From Octopus bimaculoides (Eukaryota), in contig NC_068995.1 of assembly GCF_001194135.2 (NCBI RefSeq), positions 44,087,205-44,151,150 on the forward strand: DNA of 63,946 nt. The letters run 5' to 3'. The position numbers were made by a program, and so were the translations under genes. Of the stretch, positions 61,805 to 63,946 are shown in pieces; the stretch's first letter is position 1; every line of letters begins with the position of its first letter. The notes below the pieces were generated by a model, which saw only the letters and a list, made by a program, of their open reading frames with translations, made no database searches and had not been told where the DNA came from.

Positions 61805-61819
61805 CATATATATATATAT

Positions 61820-62203
61820 ATTTTTTATCTTTTACTTTTTTCAGTCATGTGACTGCAGCCATGCAGGGGCACTGCCTTGAAGGGTTTTAGTCGAACAAAT
61901 CGAACCCAAGGAATTATCTTTTTAACCTACTGCTTATTTTATCCGTTACTTTAGCGGGACCGCTAAGATATGGGGACACAAACACACCAACACCGGTTGT
62001 CAAGCGGCAGTGGAGTCAAACACAGACTCAAAGATACACACAAACATAGACATATACATTTATATATACACGACGGACTTCATTCAGTTTCCTTCTACTA
62101 AATCCACTCTCAAGGCCTTCGTCGACACATGCCCAAGGTACCACGTAGTGGAACTGAACCCGGAATCATGTGGTTGGGAAGCCAGCTTCTTACCACACAG
62201 TCA
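61820..62203 (-). mobile_element. SINE-B full length, short internal tract, small deletion
   Basis: All modules recognisable. Confidence 0.85.
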
Positions 62204-63070
62204 CACTCATATATATGATATATAAACATACTCACACACATACATATATGTATATAAATAATATTTTGTCTTTTTTTGTAAATCTCTTAAGATATCTCCT
62301 ATGTAATTTAGTCATGATAAATAGACATAACGTAAAAAATTTCATGCTTGTATCTCAAATAGGAATTTGTAATTACTTATTTTGAATAGAAATAATTGAA
62401 TGGAGGCGGTTAGGAGCGAAAGCGAGAGAGAATGAGAAAGATAGATAGTGTGAGAGAGAGAGGGGGAGGGAGAGCGCGTTGCAAGGAGACAAAGTGAAAG
62501 TGACAGAGAGTGCTGCGTGAAGGAGACAAAATATTAAATGAAATGACAGGACAAGGGTTATGAACACCGTTTGTGAGATAAGGAAAGACAGAAAGGGATA
62601 GAAAGAGAGAGAGAGAGAAGAGAGACGAAAAACAAACATCAATATAGTACCTAACAATATGCGCAAATTCAATTTATACAGAAAATCATCCAAGGCTTTC
62701 ATTATTGGAAAGATCAAGGTTAACACATTTGCTTATAACTTGAAACCTCTAAGTAATTTTGATATGATAAATACAGGCAAAAAATGTTCTTTTCACAAAG
62801 TATCTCATGGAAAAACTTCGTAATCTCTCATTGTTAATGAAAAAAATTGAATAGAGTAGTAGAGAGAGGTGGGGATGTATGACGCAGTGAATAAAAATGA
62901 GCTTTGTGATTGAATCTTCAATAATAAAAGACGTTGGAGGCCTCATTTTGATAAAAGAATATAATTAAAATTGGTATTTTCTAGACATCAGACTTTAATA
63001 ATTGCTTTCTTTTAGTAAAAGTTACATGATTCCAGCTAATTAAGAAGCAGTTTTCTTTACTATAGAACCG

Positions 63071-63480
63071 ATGGGGTCAAGTCCCTTTGGCCTGCTGGCC
63101 ATTAGGTACATGGACCAACTGGAGCAAACGGTGCTTAGCACCTGCTCCTCATGAGTCTTTTTCTTCAGATACGTTGACGATTCCTGATGCACACCGGAGA
63201 TTCAACAATGCCGACAAACATAACATTCGAAGTTGAACACCCGAACTTGTTCGGAACACTCTCTCTCCTTAATTTCTAATTCAGGATTACAGAGGAAGAT
63301 TCCATCTATTCTAATTTTTACAAGACAGCTGTCAGTAGTAACTTGTTTATGCACTACGAGCCAGCCTTACCCAGCAGAGACAAAGCCGCATACGTAGGAA
63401 ACGAAATCGCACGGATAAGTAACAGGTGTAGTGATGCAGCTGACAAAGCTACCAACATCAAGCGGTACCACAAGATCTTA
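63071..63480 (+). mobile_element. Penelope-like reverse-transcriptase fragment (pseudogene)
   Basis: MGSSPFGLLAIRYMDQLE..FFRYVDD (63170-63181)..HITFEVEHP..LSLL..FYKTAVSSNLFMHY..LPSRDK, the PLE RT MGSP..YM..E..RYVDD..F..E..FLD..YRK..LH..H/P layout, with stops and frameshifts. Confidence 0.75.
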
Positions 63481-63499
63481 AAGTGACCCTCAGGCATCA

Positions 63500-63690
63500 G
63501 TCTGCCGACTGGTGTCGTGGTCTGAACTTGTGCTGCCACGTGGTGTATCTTTGTTTCGCAGTGTTTCTCCCCTCTTCGTCGATTTTTGGGATGACTGAAC
63601 CGAAGGAGCAGCGTGCTTCCGTGAAATTCTGTTATCTGTTGGAGAAAACCGCGGCTGAGACAGTTGTCATGCTTCAAATAGCATACAAGA
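63500..63690 (+). mobile_element. Mariner transposon 5' fragment
   Basis: ATG at 63591: MTEPKEQRASVKFCYLLEKTAAETVVMLQIAYK (EQRxxIKFC..GK.A.ET..ML..AY motif). Confidence 0.8.
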
Positions 63691-63829
63691 TACCGCCGGA
63701 TTGAATGGTACTGCCCAGGTATCGAAACCATAGTGATATCCGTGTGGCAGCTGATGATGGAAGTAATATGGATTGTTGATGTGGCTGGTATTGTATGTAC
63801 GGGAAAGTTTTATGAGACATCTACTTGAT

Positions 63830-63887
63830 ATCTATATGTGCATATGTATATGTGTTTTGATACATACATATATATACGTATACATGT

Positions 63888-63946
<59 letters not shown>
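63830..63946. repeat. (TA)n/(TACA)n microsatellite
   Basis: Direct reading. Confidence 0.95.

Overview
AT-rich, repeat-saturated eukaryotic non-coding DNA from a short-read assembly, with about 20 N-gaps that almost all abut microsatellites. The SINE sequences and extreme microsatellite density look like an octopus (cephalopod) genome; this is recalled resemblance, not a database result. I found no host gene I can name. Nearly all supplied ORFs are artefacts of microsatellites or N-runs, and only a few weak exon candidates remain. The content is about 30 tRNA-derived SINE copies in two main families (here SINE-A and SINE-B), decayed mariner, Tigger, RTE, R4/Dong and Penelope coding fragments, a hAT MITE, a Helentron-type HINE, and a ~550-bp (AAT)n-flanked repeat (here element D). 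The most interesting signal is about 11 minimal type I hammerhead-ribozyme (HHR) motifs. Five keep the full CUGANGA/GAAA/NUH core, and they fall into several families with different, mostly palindromic stem III sequences. Three of the motifs sit in two fold-back elements (26929-27337 and 43590-43738). Hammerheads in Penelope-like element (PLE) termini are an established phenomenon, so this is probably a rich local example of a known class rather than a new system. Activity is untested.
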